Shown in pieces: positions 18,289 through 28,227 of a stretch of 64,000 nt of DNA. How positions within the stretch are numbered: the first letter of the stretch is position 1; each line of letters starts with the position of its first letter. The position numbers were made by a program, and so were the translations under genes. The stretch spans positions 576,001 through 640,000 of the forward strand of contig CBDBLV010000005.1 of NCBI GenBank assembly GCA_965207225.1. The letters run 5' to 3'. The stretch is from Dehalococcoidia bacterium. Lineage in GTDB: Bacteria; Chloroflexota; Dehalococcoidia; Plut-88900. Under the pieces are notes generated by a model that was not told the DNA's origin, made no database searches, and was given only the letters and a program-made list of their open reading frames with translations.

Positions 18289-19449
18289 CTAGTTAAACCT
18301 GTACACCCTACCCGCGTTTTCACACACAATCTTCTTCCTTACATCTTCTGGCAGGTGTCCCAGCCCCTCTTCAATCGCCTTCCGACTGTCCGGGAAGACC
18401 CCATCCTGATGAGGATAGTCGGAACCCCACATGATGTTGTCCACCCCTATTCGCTCCACCTGGTCCAACGATACGTACTCCTGTTGGAACGTCGAATATC
18501 CCTGCCGTTGCCAGTACTCCGAGGGAGCATGTGGAAGGCCGATGTGGAATAGACGGTCCTTGTATTCGTTGTCAGTGCGTTCCAGCACGTATGGCAGCCA
18601 CCCGATACCACACTCCCCAAGAACGAAATTGAACCTCGGATTCTTCTCGCACGCACCCGAAAGCAGGATGCTCACCAGGAACTCTGCTCCGGAGAGCTGG
18701 AACAGGATGTATACGAGCCCCGTATCCACCCACTCGTAACGCTCGGCTTCTTCCGGGTCGACCTTTGCATGCTTTAACCCCAGGGTGTGAAAGGAGATCG
18801 GCATTTCACATTCTGCTGCGGTGCCCCAGAGCACGTCCCAGTCTTCGTGATAGATGGGCTTTCTCATCTGCGAAACGTTGAGTTCGGCCCCCCTGAGCCC
18901 TAGCTCTGCCGCTGTCCTCAGCTGTCTCGCCGAGACCTCGGGTTCGTGGCACGTAATGCATGCCAGGGCCGCCATCCTTTCCTCGTACCCCCTTGTTAGC
19001 CCCGCTACGTACTCGTTGTAGATATCGTAGGTTGCGGTGAGGGTGTCGGCCTCCGTGCCCGGCGTTACGTGCATTCCTCCCGCAATGCCGAGAATCCCGT
19101 AAATCACCTCCGCGTCAATGCCGTCTATATCCTGGTCCTTTATGCGCAGATCGGGGTCGACGGGATGGTATATGCCCTCAGATACACCATCGAAGAACCC
19201 GACCTCTGCCATGCGGTCCAGGTGAAGGGATTCACCTGGCGCGTATCCCTGTCCCGTTTTGACGCCTGCACTGTCGGAACCGACTGCACAGAATTCTTCC
19301 CCCTGCACAAACCAGTACTTGCCTCGATCAAGCGCCTCCACCTTTGGCATGCGGGACTTCAGGGCATCGGGCGCATTGGAGGTGAAAAGGTCGTGGGGAA
19401 GCCAGCGCAGGTCCAGATGAGTGTCCGCCGAGATGATTTCGTAGCCCAT
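18289..19449 (-). CDS. Amidohydrolase family 2 protein
   Basis: ISADTH, ISFH, ECGIGW and MWGSDYPH motifs. Confidence 0.92.
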   Translation of the reverse strand: MGYEIISADTHLDLRWLPHDLFTSNAPDALKSRMPKVEALDRGKYWFVQGEEFCAVGSDSAGVKTGQGYAPGESLHLDRMAEVGFFDGVSEGIYHPVDPDLRIKDQDIDGIDAEVIYGILGIAGGMHVTPGTEADTLTATYDIYNEYVAGLTRGYEERMAALACITCHEPEVSARQLRTAAELGLRGAELNVSQMRKPIYHEDWDVLWGTAAECEMPISFHTLGLKHAKVDPEEAERYEWVDTGLVYILFQLSGAEFLVSILLSGACEKNPRFNFVLGECGIGWLPYVLERTDNEYKDRLFHIGLPHAPSEYWQRQGYSTFQQEYVSLDQVERIGVDNIMWGSDYPHQDGVFPDSRKAIEEGLGHLPEDVRKKIVCENAGRVYRFN

Positions 19450-19527
19450 TGTCTCTCCCTCCGTGCAACTTCTGACCTGAGGTTGTCATTTCACGCGAAA
19501 TTCCGGATGGCGAAATATGTCAGGGCC

Positions 19528-20304
19528 TTAATGGAACTTGGGGTCTCTTTTTTCTCGAAACGCTGCTATAGCTTCGCTGTGCTCCGCCGTTCCCATGGCG
19601 CTCCTGAAAACCCCCGACTCTTGTAGATCTATTGCCTCGAAGTCCTCAGCTACGGAGTTGTCCCGCAGCATCCGCTTGGTCTCGGCTAGTTGCCAGATCG
19701 GCGCCTCAGCAATGCTTTGTGCCAGTTCGACCGCCCGCTCCACAACTTCCTCCTTGGGGTAGACCTCTAGGACCATCCCCATATCCTTGGCCTCTTGTCC
19801 CGTGAAGAAGCGCCCGGTGAACATCACCTCGTTAGCCCGCTCTAGTCCTATGAGCCTGGGAAGGGTGTGGGTACTCCCGAGCTCTGGTGTGAGCCCGAGC
19901 CTTACAAACCTGAACGAAAGCTTGGCATCTACCGCAGCAAGCCTGATATCGCAAAGCAGCGTGCATGTTATTCCCAGCCCGACCGCCACCCCATTTACAG
20001 CGGCTATGGTCGGCTTGGGCATCGAGCGAAGCGTCAGATACCATTGGTCTCGCTCATCACGAGAGTTGCTGTCAGGCGAGGAGAGCTGGTTCTCAAAGTT
20101 CGAGATGTCCGCACCCGAGCAGAACGCTCTGCCCGCCCCGGTGAGCACAACGGATCCCACGGAATCATCATCCTTCCACGCCTCCAACTGCTGCCGGACT
20201 TCCGCGCCCATCTCGGGGATCATGGCATTCAGCCGGTCAGGCCGGTTGAAGGTTATTATCCCCACCCGGCCTCGCTGCTCGGCGATGATGTACTCGTAGC
20301 TCAT
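19528..20304 (-). CDS. Enoyl-CoA hydratase/isomerase
   Basis: NRPDRLNA, AFCSGAD, AAVNGVAVG and REKRDPKF motifs. Confidence 0.93.
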   Translation of the reverse strand: MSYEYIIAEQRGRVGIITFNRPDRLNAMIPEMGAEVRQQLEAWKDDDSVGSVVLTGAGRAFCSGADISNFENQLSSPDSNSRDERDQWYLTLRSMPKPTIAAVNGVAVGLGITCTLLCDIRLAAVDAKLSFRFVRLGLTPELGSTHTLPRLIGLERANEVMFTGRFFTGQEAKDMGMVLEVYPKEEVVERAVELAQSIAEAPIWQLAETKRMLRDNSVAEDFEAIDLQESGVFRSAMGTAEHSEAIAAFREKRDPKFH

Positions 20305-20435
20305 TCAGTCGTCTCCCGGCATAAATTCTCCCGGATACCGGTGATCCAGGCTAGGACATTGATAGTTCTCGGTAGTATAAGGCAGGCGCGTACATTACGG
20401 GATATGATCTCTCTCGGTGCTCTCGGAATTCCCGA

Positions 20436-21671
20436 CTATCCTTCCGCACGGGCTAAACGCAACCGATGCAGAGGACTGTCATTGATCGGCAGATGCACAA
20501 CCGCAGCAAAAACTCCGAACCCGATTCCCGCCCACCACATAGCGTCATAAGAACCCGTTCGGTCATAGAGCACCCCGCCCATCCATACCCCAATAAAGCT
20601 CCCGACCTGGTGGCTCAGGAAGACGATCCCGAACAGAGTCGCCATGAACTTGAGCCCGAATATCTGCGCCACAATCCCCGTAGTCAGTGGCACGGTAGAC
20701 AACCAGAGCAATCCCATCGATGCGGCGAATAGATAAATGGTTAGTTCACTGGCTGGGGCCATAAGAAGGCCAAGAATGATTAGTGCCCGAGTAAAGTAGA
20801 TGGCGGATAGGCCTATCTTCTTCGAATATCGTTGCCCAAAAGCCCCCGACATGAGAGAACCCAGGATGTTAAACAGCCCGACTATCGAAAGAGCGTATGC
20901 TCCCGCCCGAGCCGGAAGCCCGAGGTCCGTCACATACGTCGGAAAATGTACCGTGATGAACGCAACGTGAAACCCGCAGACGAAGAAGCCCGCCGTAAGC
21001 AGCAGGTAACTCCGGTGGCTCGTCGCCTCACCCAGGGCATTGCCGAGACCCTGGTTGGATGCCGGCTCCCCCCTCGAGCCCGAACCTCCTCTGAGGCTGA
21101 ACGCCAGCGGAATCAACACCAACGAGACAAACGACATTATTATCAGGGAGTCGTACCAACCGTAGCTGTCAATGAGGGCCTGGTTGATGGGAGAAAACAC
21201 GACTTGCCCCAGCGACCCCGCCGCCGTCCCGAGCCCCAACGCCAGTGACCTCCGCTCAGGCCCGATTATGCGGGCCATCGCTGCCAGGACCAGCGAGAAT
21301 GAGCAGAAAGCTACCCCCACCCCCACCAGGACCCCTCCGGTCAGGTGCAAAGCCACCCCGCTCCCCGACATCGCCATCCCCGCCACCCCGACTGCGTAAA
21401 TCACAGCCCCCAGCGCTATCACCTTCGCTGTCCCGAACCGGTCCGCAATTGCCCCCGCCACCGGGACCCCGACACCCCACAAAAGGTTCTGGATCGCCAT
21501 CGCCAGCGAAAACGTCTCCCGGCTCCACCCATTCGCCACCGTCATGGGCTCCAGGTACAACCCGAAGCTCGCCCGGATCCCGAATCCTATCAGCGAAATC
21601 AGACACGCCGACGCTATGACCGCCGTTAAGGTAATCCGTCCGGGATGAATATCTACTCGCGGTTGGTCCAT
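20436..21671 (-). CDS. MFS transporter
   Basis: About 12 hydrophobic segments; GAIADRFG motif A; GFFVCGFHV. Confidence 0.92.
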   Translation of the reverse strand: MDQPRVDIHPGRITLTAVIASACLISLIGFGIRASFGLYLEPMTVANGWSRETFSLAMAIQNLLWGVGVPVAGAIADRFGTAKVIALGAVIYAVGVAGMAMSGSGVALHLTGGVLVGVGVAFCSFSLVLAAMARIIGPERRSLALGLGTAAGSLGQVVFSPINQALIDSYGWYDSLIIMSFVSLVLIPLAFSLRGGSGSRGEPASNQGLGNALGEATSHRSYLLLTAGFFVCGFHVAFITVHFPTYVTDLGLPARAGAYALSIVGLFNILGSLMSGAFGQRYSKKIGLSAIYFTRALIILGLLMAPASELTIYLFAASMGLLWLSTVPLTTGIVAQIFGLKFMATLFGIVFLSHQVGSFIGVWMGGVLYDRTGSYDAMWWAGIGFGVFAAVVHLPINDSPLHRLRLARAEG

Positions 21672-21693
21672 TGTGGTTGTATAATCTACCCGA

Positions 21694-21768
21694 TCCCCGA
21701 TAGCTCAATGGTAGAGCGGGCGGCTGTTAACCGCTAGGCTGCAGGTTCGAGTCCTGCTCGGGGAGCCA
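21694..21768 (+). tRNA. trnN: tRNA-Asn(GTT)
   Basis: TCCCCGA..TCGGGGAGCCA, anticodon loop CTGTTAA and GGTTCGAGTCC; TATAAT at 21680-21685. Confidence 0.96.
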
Positions 21769-21781
21769 TCCACCCGACACA

Positions 21782-21819
21782 GAATCGCCCGCCGGGCCAA
21801 GGGGCCCGGCGGGCGATTC
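21782..21819. terminator. 17-bp hairpin between convergent tRNA-Asn and the adhesin gene
   Basis: GAATCGCCCGCCGGGCC-AAGG-GGCCCGGCGGGCGATTC. Confidence 0.75.
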
Positions 21820-21842
21820 CTTACTTCCTATCTTCCGCTTTC

Positions 21843-24800
21843 CTAGCTGTCGAAGAACTCCTGGATGATCGTCACCACGTCCGTCAGGCTTAACTCGTCT
21901 GCGAAGTAGTCCTTCACGGCCTCCAGGGCCTCAGACCTCTCTATCGATCCGTTGCCATTCGCGTCGTACCTGCCGATCAGCGCCTGCGCCGCCACTGTGG
22001 AGGTGGTCACTCCCTCGGCGCTCTTCCCGGACCCGACCGCATCCGTGTAGGACGCCGTCGCCCGGAGGTAGCTGCCCAGGTCGCCCTGTCGGGGCACGTA
22101 CGTCGCCGAAGTGGCGTTGGCTATCGCCGTCCACCCCGACGTCCGGCTCGTGGACTTCTCCCACTGCCAGGTCACGTTTCTCACGCCGCCGTCCGGATCG
22201 CTCAGGCTTGCCGTCACGCTGCTCCCGACCCTCGGCGCCGACGTTGACAGGCTCACAACTCCGTCATCGTCCTGCGCCACGGCCGCGGCCGTGATTCCCT
22301 CGGCGCTCTTGCCCGACCCACCGGCGTCCGTGTAGCTCGCCGTCGCCCGGATGAAGCTCCCCTGGTTCGCCGCCGTAGCCGTGTAGCTGTTCGACGTGGC
22401 ACCCAGGATGATCACCCAGTTCGACGTACCGTTCGTCGACGTGGCCCACTGCCACGTCACGCCCGTCACGCCGCCGTCGGGGTCGGTCACCGTTGCCGTT
22501 ACCGTCTCCCCGACCTCCGGCCTTGTATTCGACAGGCTCACCGTGCCCGCACTGTCCGTCGCCGTGATCGTTACCGAGATCGTCGCCCTGTCCCCGGGCG
22601 TGTCCGTTGCCACGACCGTGACGCTGTACGACCCCTCTTGCAGGGTCACACCCGCCAGCGTTAGCAGCTGCCCGGTGGAGCTGTTGATCCCGAACGATGC
22701 GGCGTCCGTGCCTTCCAGGGTGTACGTCAGTGTGTCACTGGTATCCGCGTCTGTAGCGCCGAGGGGTTGGCCGATTGTCGTGCCCGCCCCGGCGTTTCTG
22801 GCCACGCTTCGGACCGCGCTCGTGCCCTCGGTGAACACGGGCAGGTTGTTGGGCGGTGCTGCTGTGGCCTCAATCGAGACCTGAATCCTGGCGATGTCCG
22901 TACCGTCGTCGGCTGCCACCGTCACCGTGTACGTTTCATCGACGGTTAGCGTGATCCCTGACTTCGTGACCAGTTGACCCGTGGTTGGGCGAATCTCGAA
23001 GAACGGAGCGTCTCGCCCTTCTAGGCGGTAGGTTATCGTATCGCCCGAATCGGCGTCCCTCGCGGTGATTGGAGCCCCTACGGGCGTACCCGGCTGCGCA
23101 CTCGCCCTCACGCTCCGCGTGGCGCTTGCACCCTCGCTGAACACCGGCAGGTTGTTCGCACCGGGCGCATTCGTCGACCCGTTGCCCGGATTCGACCAGT
23201 TGCTGGTGCCCTCGGCGTTCGTCGCCCTCACCTCCACGTCGTAGAACGTGTTCGGCGTCAGGCCAGTAATCGTCACTGTCCTTCCCGAAATGGTAGTGTT
23301 GGTGACCTCGGTCCAGGATGCCGAACCAGTCCGGTGCCGGTAGTCGTAGTCGGTGATGGGCGGGCCCGTGTTCCCCGGCTCTTCCCACGTCACCTGGACG
23401 CTTGTGCTCGATACCGCCGTCACCCTTGGCGCCGATGGCGTGTCCGGTGGTTCGGCGATGTCCGTCACGTTGATCGTAACGCTGACAGTGGCAGTCCCGC
23501 CCCTGGTGTCCGTCGCCTTGACAGTCACCGAGTGTCTCGACTTGTCCTCGTGGTTCAGGTCTGCGCTGGCCCGTATCTGCCCGCTGCCGGGATCGATGTC
23601 GAATGAAGCAGCGTCTGCGCCTTCAAGTGTATGCGTCACCGGGTCCAGGTCGGGGTCTACGGCAGTGACCGGGCTGCCAATCGGGTCTCCGGCTCGCTCG
23701 TTCTCGGCTATATCGAACGAGCGTGTACCACCGGAAAATATCGGTTTCTGGTTGGCCACGTCGGGGTTCGGTGATCCTGTCCCCGACCGCGACCAGTCGC
23801 CGGTGAGTTCGCCGTTGTTTGCCCGTACCTCAACTGCGTAGCGCGTACCCGGCGTCAGACCGGTGATGATCGCGCTCCTGTCCGCGCCATCGTGGGATAC
23901 ATTACCGGGGCAGTCCAGGCACCGCACGTCATAGTCTGTGATGGGAGGCCCACCGTTTGCAGGTTCGTCCCATGTAACTCGCACGCTGTCAGTGGAGCCG
24001 GCTATTCCCGTCACCCGAGGTGGAGCCGGCGCAGATGGACGTTCGTCCACGTCATCGACAATGATGGTCACCGACTTGGCGGCGACGCTGTTGTCTCTCC
24101 TCTGCCCGTCGTTAACCTTCACCGTCAACGAATAGCTGCTTCTCTCCTCGTAGTTGAGGGGGGCTCGCGTCCGTATCTGGCCCGAGGAGGAGACGATGGT
24201 GAACGAGGCGGCTCCTGGCCCCTCCAGACTGTAGGTCAGCCTGTTGCGGTCCGGGTCCGTTGCCTCCACCGCCCCACCTATGTTCTGCCCCGACCGCGTG
24301 TTTTCGTCCACCCTCAGCGTCACCAGGGACTCCGTGTTAGCGAAGACAGGCCGCTTATTGCTCTGACCGGTCGTGCCCCGGCCCACGGGCGACCAATTCC
24401 CGGCGTCGGCGGGGGAGGGGTCTGTTCCGTCGCCCTCTCCGTTCTTCGCCCGCACCTCAACTTCGTACTGGGTGCCTGGATCAAGGTTTGCAGCGGTAGC
24501 GGCATCACCCGGGTCAGACCGTATAGTAGTTATCTTGGCGCTTCTGTCCGTGTTGTTGGCTGCGGGGTTGGTGGTGGTGCCGTGGGGCCAATCTTGCCAT
24601 ACGATGTCTCCGACTTTGCGATACCGGATGTCGTAATCTGTGATGTCCGGCCCGGTGTTGCGCGGCTCACTCCAGGTCACTTCAAGACTCCAGCCAGAGT
24701 CCTTCGTGGCCGTGACCGTTGGCCGAGCCGGGGCGGATGGAGGTTCCAGAACATCCAGGATAGTGATCGGCACGTCTGGGGATAAGACACTGCCTCCGTC

Positions 24801-27332
24801 GTTGTCTCTGACCTTAACCCTCACGGTATAGCTGCTTTTCTCCTCAAAGTTTAGGGGCGATTTCGTTTTGATCTGCCCGGCCGAGTCAATGGTGAATAGG
24901 CCCGCGTCGGAACCTTCGAGACTATAAATGACTCTTCCGTCCCCATCCGAATTAGTTGCCGCCACATGGGAACTGTTCGGGGTGCCAGCAGAGAGTATTG
25001 CTCTTCCCGCCGGAGTATTCTCATCAACCTGCAGATCGCTTGGCGACGAATCTATCGTAGGAATCGCATTGTCGGCCTTGCTGGTCGACTGCCTGATTGA
25101 TGCCGACCACGTCCCCGGGCCCTCAGGATTCACCGCGCGCACCCGGACTTGGTAGGAACTGCCCGGGGTGAGGTCCGCTATTGTATAAGACTGCGCAGTG
25201 GCAGTGAGATCCGTAATGTCAGTCTCAGTGGGCTGGGGGCATGGGTTAGCAGTTGTAATTCCGGCGCCGCTGCATTCCACTTCGTAACTGCTGAGGGGAG
25301 GTGCCGTGCTCAAGTTATCGGGCGCACTCCAAGTCACCGTTAACGTCGCATTGGTTGCCCCCTCCGCAACGAAAGGCGACGTCACCGTCACCGTCGGCGC
25401 TGACGGTGGTTCAGGACGGTCGTTGACTGTGATGAGGACCTTGATGATGTCGTCGACTGCGGGAGTGTCCTCCATGTTTCCGTGATTGTCTAGGCCGTCC
25501 CAGACCTCCACCTGCACCTTATAGGTACACACGGTTGGAGTAACGAGGGGATCGTATTCACACGCTGTGGTGTCTTCGTGATTCAGGGATTCCTTAGTCA
25601 GTATCTGCCCGGTAGACTCATTAATGTCGAACTTATTCACGTCATCTGTATCAACCGTGTCCGCGATTAATCTGTAAGTCAGTTTATCACGGTCGTTGGC
25701 CGAGACCGGGGCCCCGACATGCTGTCCGATCCGGGTATTCTCATTCACGGACCGATTCACAGTCCGGTCATCGGTGGTCGGATCGTCCAACTCAGGCCTC
25801 CGTTCTTCTTGGTCCGGTCTGTCATTGAACTTGGGCTGGCGATTTCCCGCACTCGTCCGCCCAGTGGCTCGCGCCGAGAAAGCGCTGTTGAGCTCGGCAG
25901 TCTTGGCGCTTACGTATACCTCGTAGGATGCGCCGGGCGTTAGGCGTTCATCAACGTCTGCCGTGTCGGCATCATCCGAGGGATCGATTGTGACTTTGGT
26001 TTCCGTGGCTTCGATGGTTCTGAAGGTGCCGCTGTTGCCCTGCCGGTACCGTACGTCATAGCCGGTGATTGGAGGCCCCATGTTCTGCGGTTCCGTCCAA
26101 CTCACGTCCAGGCTCCTGCTGTCCCCCTCCGTCGCCCGGACCGTAACCCGAGTCGGCACTCCCGGTGCCTCCGGCACGTCGTCGATTTCGATCTTCACCG
26201 CTTGCGCATCGCTTCCCCCCTTTCCGTCGAAAGCCGTCACTGTCACGTAGTAGGCGCATTCGGTTGTAGTTGCCGTATCTACATAGCCACATGCCGGGTC
26301 CTCGTGGTTGTAGGTCACGCCCCTCTTCGTCCGTATCTGGGACAACGATGGGTTGAAGTCGAACAGGCCGGCGTCGGGACCTTCGAGCCGGTAGGTCAGC
26401 GGGAGCACACCGTCGTCCGTCGCTGTAATCGGTCGACCTACGTCCTCTCCCGCCTCTTCGTTTTCATCTACGTCCCTGGTAACTACACGGTCGGTGCCTC
26501 TATCGATGAATGTCGGCGGCTTGTTATTCAATTTGTTAGTTGATCCGGTCCCCACGAGGGACCAGTTTTCAGTGGCGTCTGCTTCTCCGTTCGTCGCCCG
26601 TACGCGTACCCGGTAAGAGGTGTCGGTTTCCAGACCTGTAATTTCGGCGTATGCAATCGTGCCGGAGTGTGTTGAATCGGAAAAGCTCGCTTCAGTGGTC
26701 TTCTTGTACTGCACTTCATACCCAGTGATTGCGGGCCCTGTGTTGTCGGGTGCGTGCCAGACCACCTTCAGACTAGTGGACGATTCGTCCGTGTTTGCGG
26801 TATTCGGATTGTCATAAGATGCCACCGTCGGCGCGACGGGCGCTGCGGGAGGTTCATCCACACCCGTGACCGTGATTGTCACGTCTCGCGTAATTGGGTT
26901 AACGCGAACTTCACCATCATCCACCTTAACTGTCACCGTGTAGGAAGTCTTGTCGCCGTCAGCGTCCAGCGGAGCCTTGGTGATCAACTGCCCCGTTGAA
27001 GAGTCGATGTGAAACGCGGCTGCGTCGGCGCGGGCCACGTCGGTTTCAGCATTGGGTTGGAGACTGTAAGTCAGCGTGTTGCCAAACTCCAGAGCAGCGT
27101 CACCTGTCTCGTCGAGGTCAGTGGCTGTGACGGGGTCTCCGATATTGACGCCTGGTGGCGTGTTCTCAACCACCGATCTGCCGGCACTGTCGTCGAATGT
27201 AGGATCCGCCGCAAACACCACATTGTTCAATCCCCCCACCCCCCCCAACCCCAACAAAACCACCCCCAACACCACCCCAACAAGGATCACACCCCACACC
27301 ACCCGACCCTTGATTATTGATAAGTCCATCAT
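21843..27332 (-). CDS. Giant secreted cadherin/fibronectin-III repeat protein with an EF-hand/dockerin-like C-terminus
   Basis: Hydrophobic signal ending VFA; alternating cadherin-like (V.ENT..G..IG.PV.ATD; LNYE) and FN3 (VTW.EP..GP.IT.Y.VRY; GL.P.T.Y.VEVRA) modules; tail YDANGNGSIERSEA. Start taken at MMDLS. Confidence 0.88.
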   Translation of the reverse strand: MMDLSIIKGRVVWGVILVGVVLGVVLLGLGGVGGLNNVVFAADPTFDDSAGRSVVENTPPGVNIGDPVTATDLDETGDAALEFGNTLTYSLQPNAETDVARADAAAFHIDSSTGQLITKAPLDADGDKTSYTVTVKVDDGEVRVNPITRDVTITVTGVDEPPAAPVAPTVASYDNPNTANTDESSTSLKVVWHAPDNTGPAITGYEVQYKKTTEASFSDSTHSGTIAYAEITGLETDTSYRVRVRATNGEADATENWSLVGTGSTNKLNNKPPTFIDRGTDRVVTRDVDENEEAGEDVGRPITATDDGVLPLTYRLEGPDAGLFDFNPSLSQIRTKRGVTYNHEDPACGYVDTATTTECAYYVTVTAFDGKGGSDAQAVKIEIDDVPEAPGVPTRVTVRATEGDSRSLDVSWTEPQNMGPPITGYDVRYRQGNSGTFRTIEATETKVTIDPSDDADTADVDERLTPGASYEVYVSAKTAELNSAFSARATGRTSAGNRQPKFNDRPDQEERRPELDDPTTDDRTVNRSVNENTRIGQHVGAPVSANDRDKLTYRLIADTVDTDDVNKFDINESTGQILTKESLNHEDTTACEYDPLVTPTVCTYKVQVEVWDGLDNHGNMEDTPAVDDIIKVLITVNDRPEPPSAPTVTVTSPFVAEGATNATLTVTWSAPDNLSTAPPLSSYEVECSGAGITTANPCPQPTETDITDLTATAQSYTIADLTPGSSYQVRVRAVNPEGPGTWSASIRQSTSKADNAIPTIDSSPSDLQVDENTPAGRAILSAGTPNSSHVAATNSDGDGRVIYSLEGSDAGLFTIDSAGQIKTKSPLNFEEKSSYTVRVKVRDNDGGSVLSPDVPITILDVLEPPSAPARPTVTATKDSGWSLEVTWSEPRNTGPDITDYDIRYRKVGDIVWQDWPHGTTTNPAANNTDRSAKITTIRSDPGDAATAANLDPGTQYEVEVRAKNGEGDGTDPSPADAGNWSPVGRGTTGQSNKRPVFANTESLVTLRVDENTRSGQNIGGAVEATDPDRNRLTYSLEGPGAASFTIVSSSGQIRTRAPLNYEERSSYSLTVKVNDGQRRDNSVAAKSVTIIVDDVDERPSAPAPPRVTGIAGSTDSVRVTWDEPANGGPPITDYDVRCLDCPGNVSHDGADRSAIITGLTPGTRYAVEVRANNGELTGDWSRSGTGSPNPDVANQKPIFSGGTRSFDIAENERAGDPIGSPVTAVDPDLDPVTHTLEGADAASFDIDPGSGQIRASADLNHEDKSRHSVTVKATDTRGGTATVSVTINVTDIAEPPDTPSAPRVTAVSSTSVQVTWEEPGNTGPPITDYDYRHRTGSASWTEVTNTTISGRTVTITGLTPNTFYDVEVRATNAEGTSNWSNPGNGSTNAPGANNLPVFSEGASATRSVRASAQPGTPVGAPITARDADSGDTITYRLEGRDAPFFEIRPTTGQLVTKSGITLTVDETYTVTVAADDGTDIARIQVSIEATAAPPNNLPVFTEGTSAVRSVARNAGAGTTIGQPLGATDADTSDTLTYTLEGTDAASFGINSSTGQLLTLAGVTLQEGSYSVTVVATDTPGDRATISVTITATDSAGTVSLSNTRPEVGETVTATVTDPDGGVTGVTWQWATSTNGTSNWVIILGATSNSYTATAANQGSFIRATASYTDAGGSGKSAEGITAAAVAQDDDGVVSLSTSAPRVGSSVTASLSDPDGGVRNVTWQWEKSTSRTSGWTAIANATSATYVPRQGDLGSYLRATASYTDAVGSGKSAEGVTTSTVAAQALIGRYDANGNGSIERSEALEAVKDYFADELSLTDVVTIIQEFFDS

Positions 27333-27523
27333 TTCGACACCCTGCTTACTAAAAATGGCTGCCGGGCCCTTCCCGTTCCAACGCCTCATCCACTAGTCCC
27401 CCACCTCAAGAATCACAGCCCCCCACACCGCCCCACCCCTGAAAATTGACAATTCCATTATATCGACACCCTGCTTACTAAAAACGATTGCTGGCCCCGA
27501 CTCGTTCCAGCCGCCTCATCCTC
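27270..27523. repeat. Imperfect ~130-bp tandem duplication of the adhesin 5' end
   Basis: TCGACACCCTGCTTACTAAAAA at ~27334 and ~27463, with similar flanks. Confidence 0.8.
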
Positions 27524-27974
27524 GATCTCCATCCCTCCGCCCGACCCATATATAGATAGGAATACACCCCGCCCCCCGACACCCCTCTCTCCTTACTCAT
27601 ATTCCACCTGCCTTCCCTCTTCCCCAGGGGCCCGACACCCGCAGGGGAGCACTATACAAGAAAAATTCCATTCCTTACTATACAGTCTTAGTCCAATTCT
27701 TGAAAGAGTCTGATTTTACCACCCCCTCACCCCTTGCCCCCACCCCTTTCCTCTGCTATCCTCTTCCCCGATACACACGACCCTGCTCTATCGGTTCGGC
27801 CCCGACCCCAGGTCCATAACCTTGCCGGAAGGAGCTATCGACCCCTGACTACACTTCCTCCTTTCCCTCACTCCCCCCTCCGCCCCTCCGCCATCCACCC
27901 GGAGCCGGCGACCCATCCCTCCCAGGCAAACCCCCGCGACCCTGCAATTCCCCCATTTCTCCCTTCAGGTGTCA

Positions 27975-28040
27975 TTCAATCAAACCAGCTACCAGTTCAA
28001 TCAACCTTCAATCAAAGTTCAATCAACCTTCAATCAAACC
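27975..28040. repeat. Five TTCAATCAA direct repeats, four at 11-bp spacing
   Basis: Copies start at 27975, 27996, 28007, 28018 and 28029. Confidence 0.9.
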
Positions 28041-28121
28041 CCCACCCCCCGCCGAGAAACTTCCCCCCACAGCCCCCTCCCATTCCCCACCATTATCCTT
28101 TACAATTACTCGGAATCTCTA

Positions 28122-28151
28122 TTGACACCCTTCACAAACCGGTGCTAACAT
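28122..28151 (+). promoter_or_regulatory. Sigma70-type promoter for the cadherin gene
   Basis: TTGACA-N18-TAACAT with a TG extension. Confidence 0.55.
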
Positions 28152-28227
28152 CCCTCGCAACTGTGCGACACACATTGGAAACGGAATGGTTGTCCCTATC
28201 CCAAAACCCCGCAAAGTGAGGCATCTC

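Noticed and set aside
21744-21768. tRNA-Asn 3' end as the att duplicate of tRNA-Gln
   Set aside because: The similarity is the generic T-arm of a complete, different tRNA, and the genes in between look chromosomal.
27975-28040. Possible CRISPR array or replication iterons
   Set aside because: The 9-bp units have no spacers, and there is no cas or rep gene in the window.
27734-28219. Pro-rich 161-aa ORF
   Set aside because: It is a by-product of the C-rich intergenic DNA and overlaps the promoter and repeat array.
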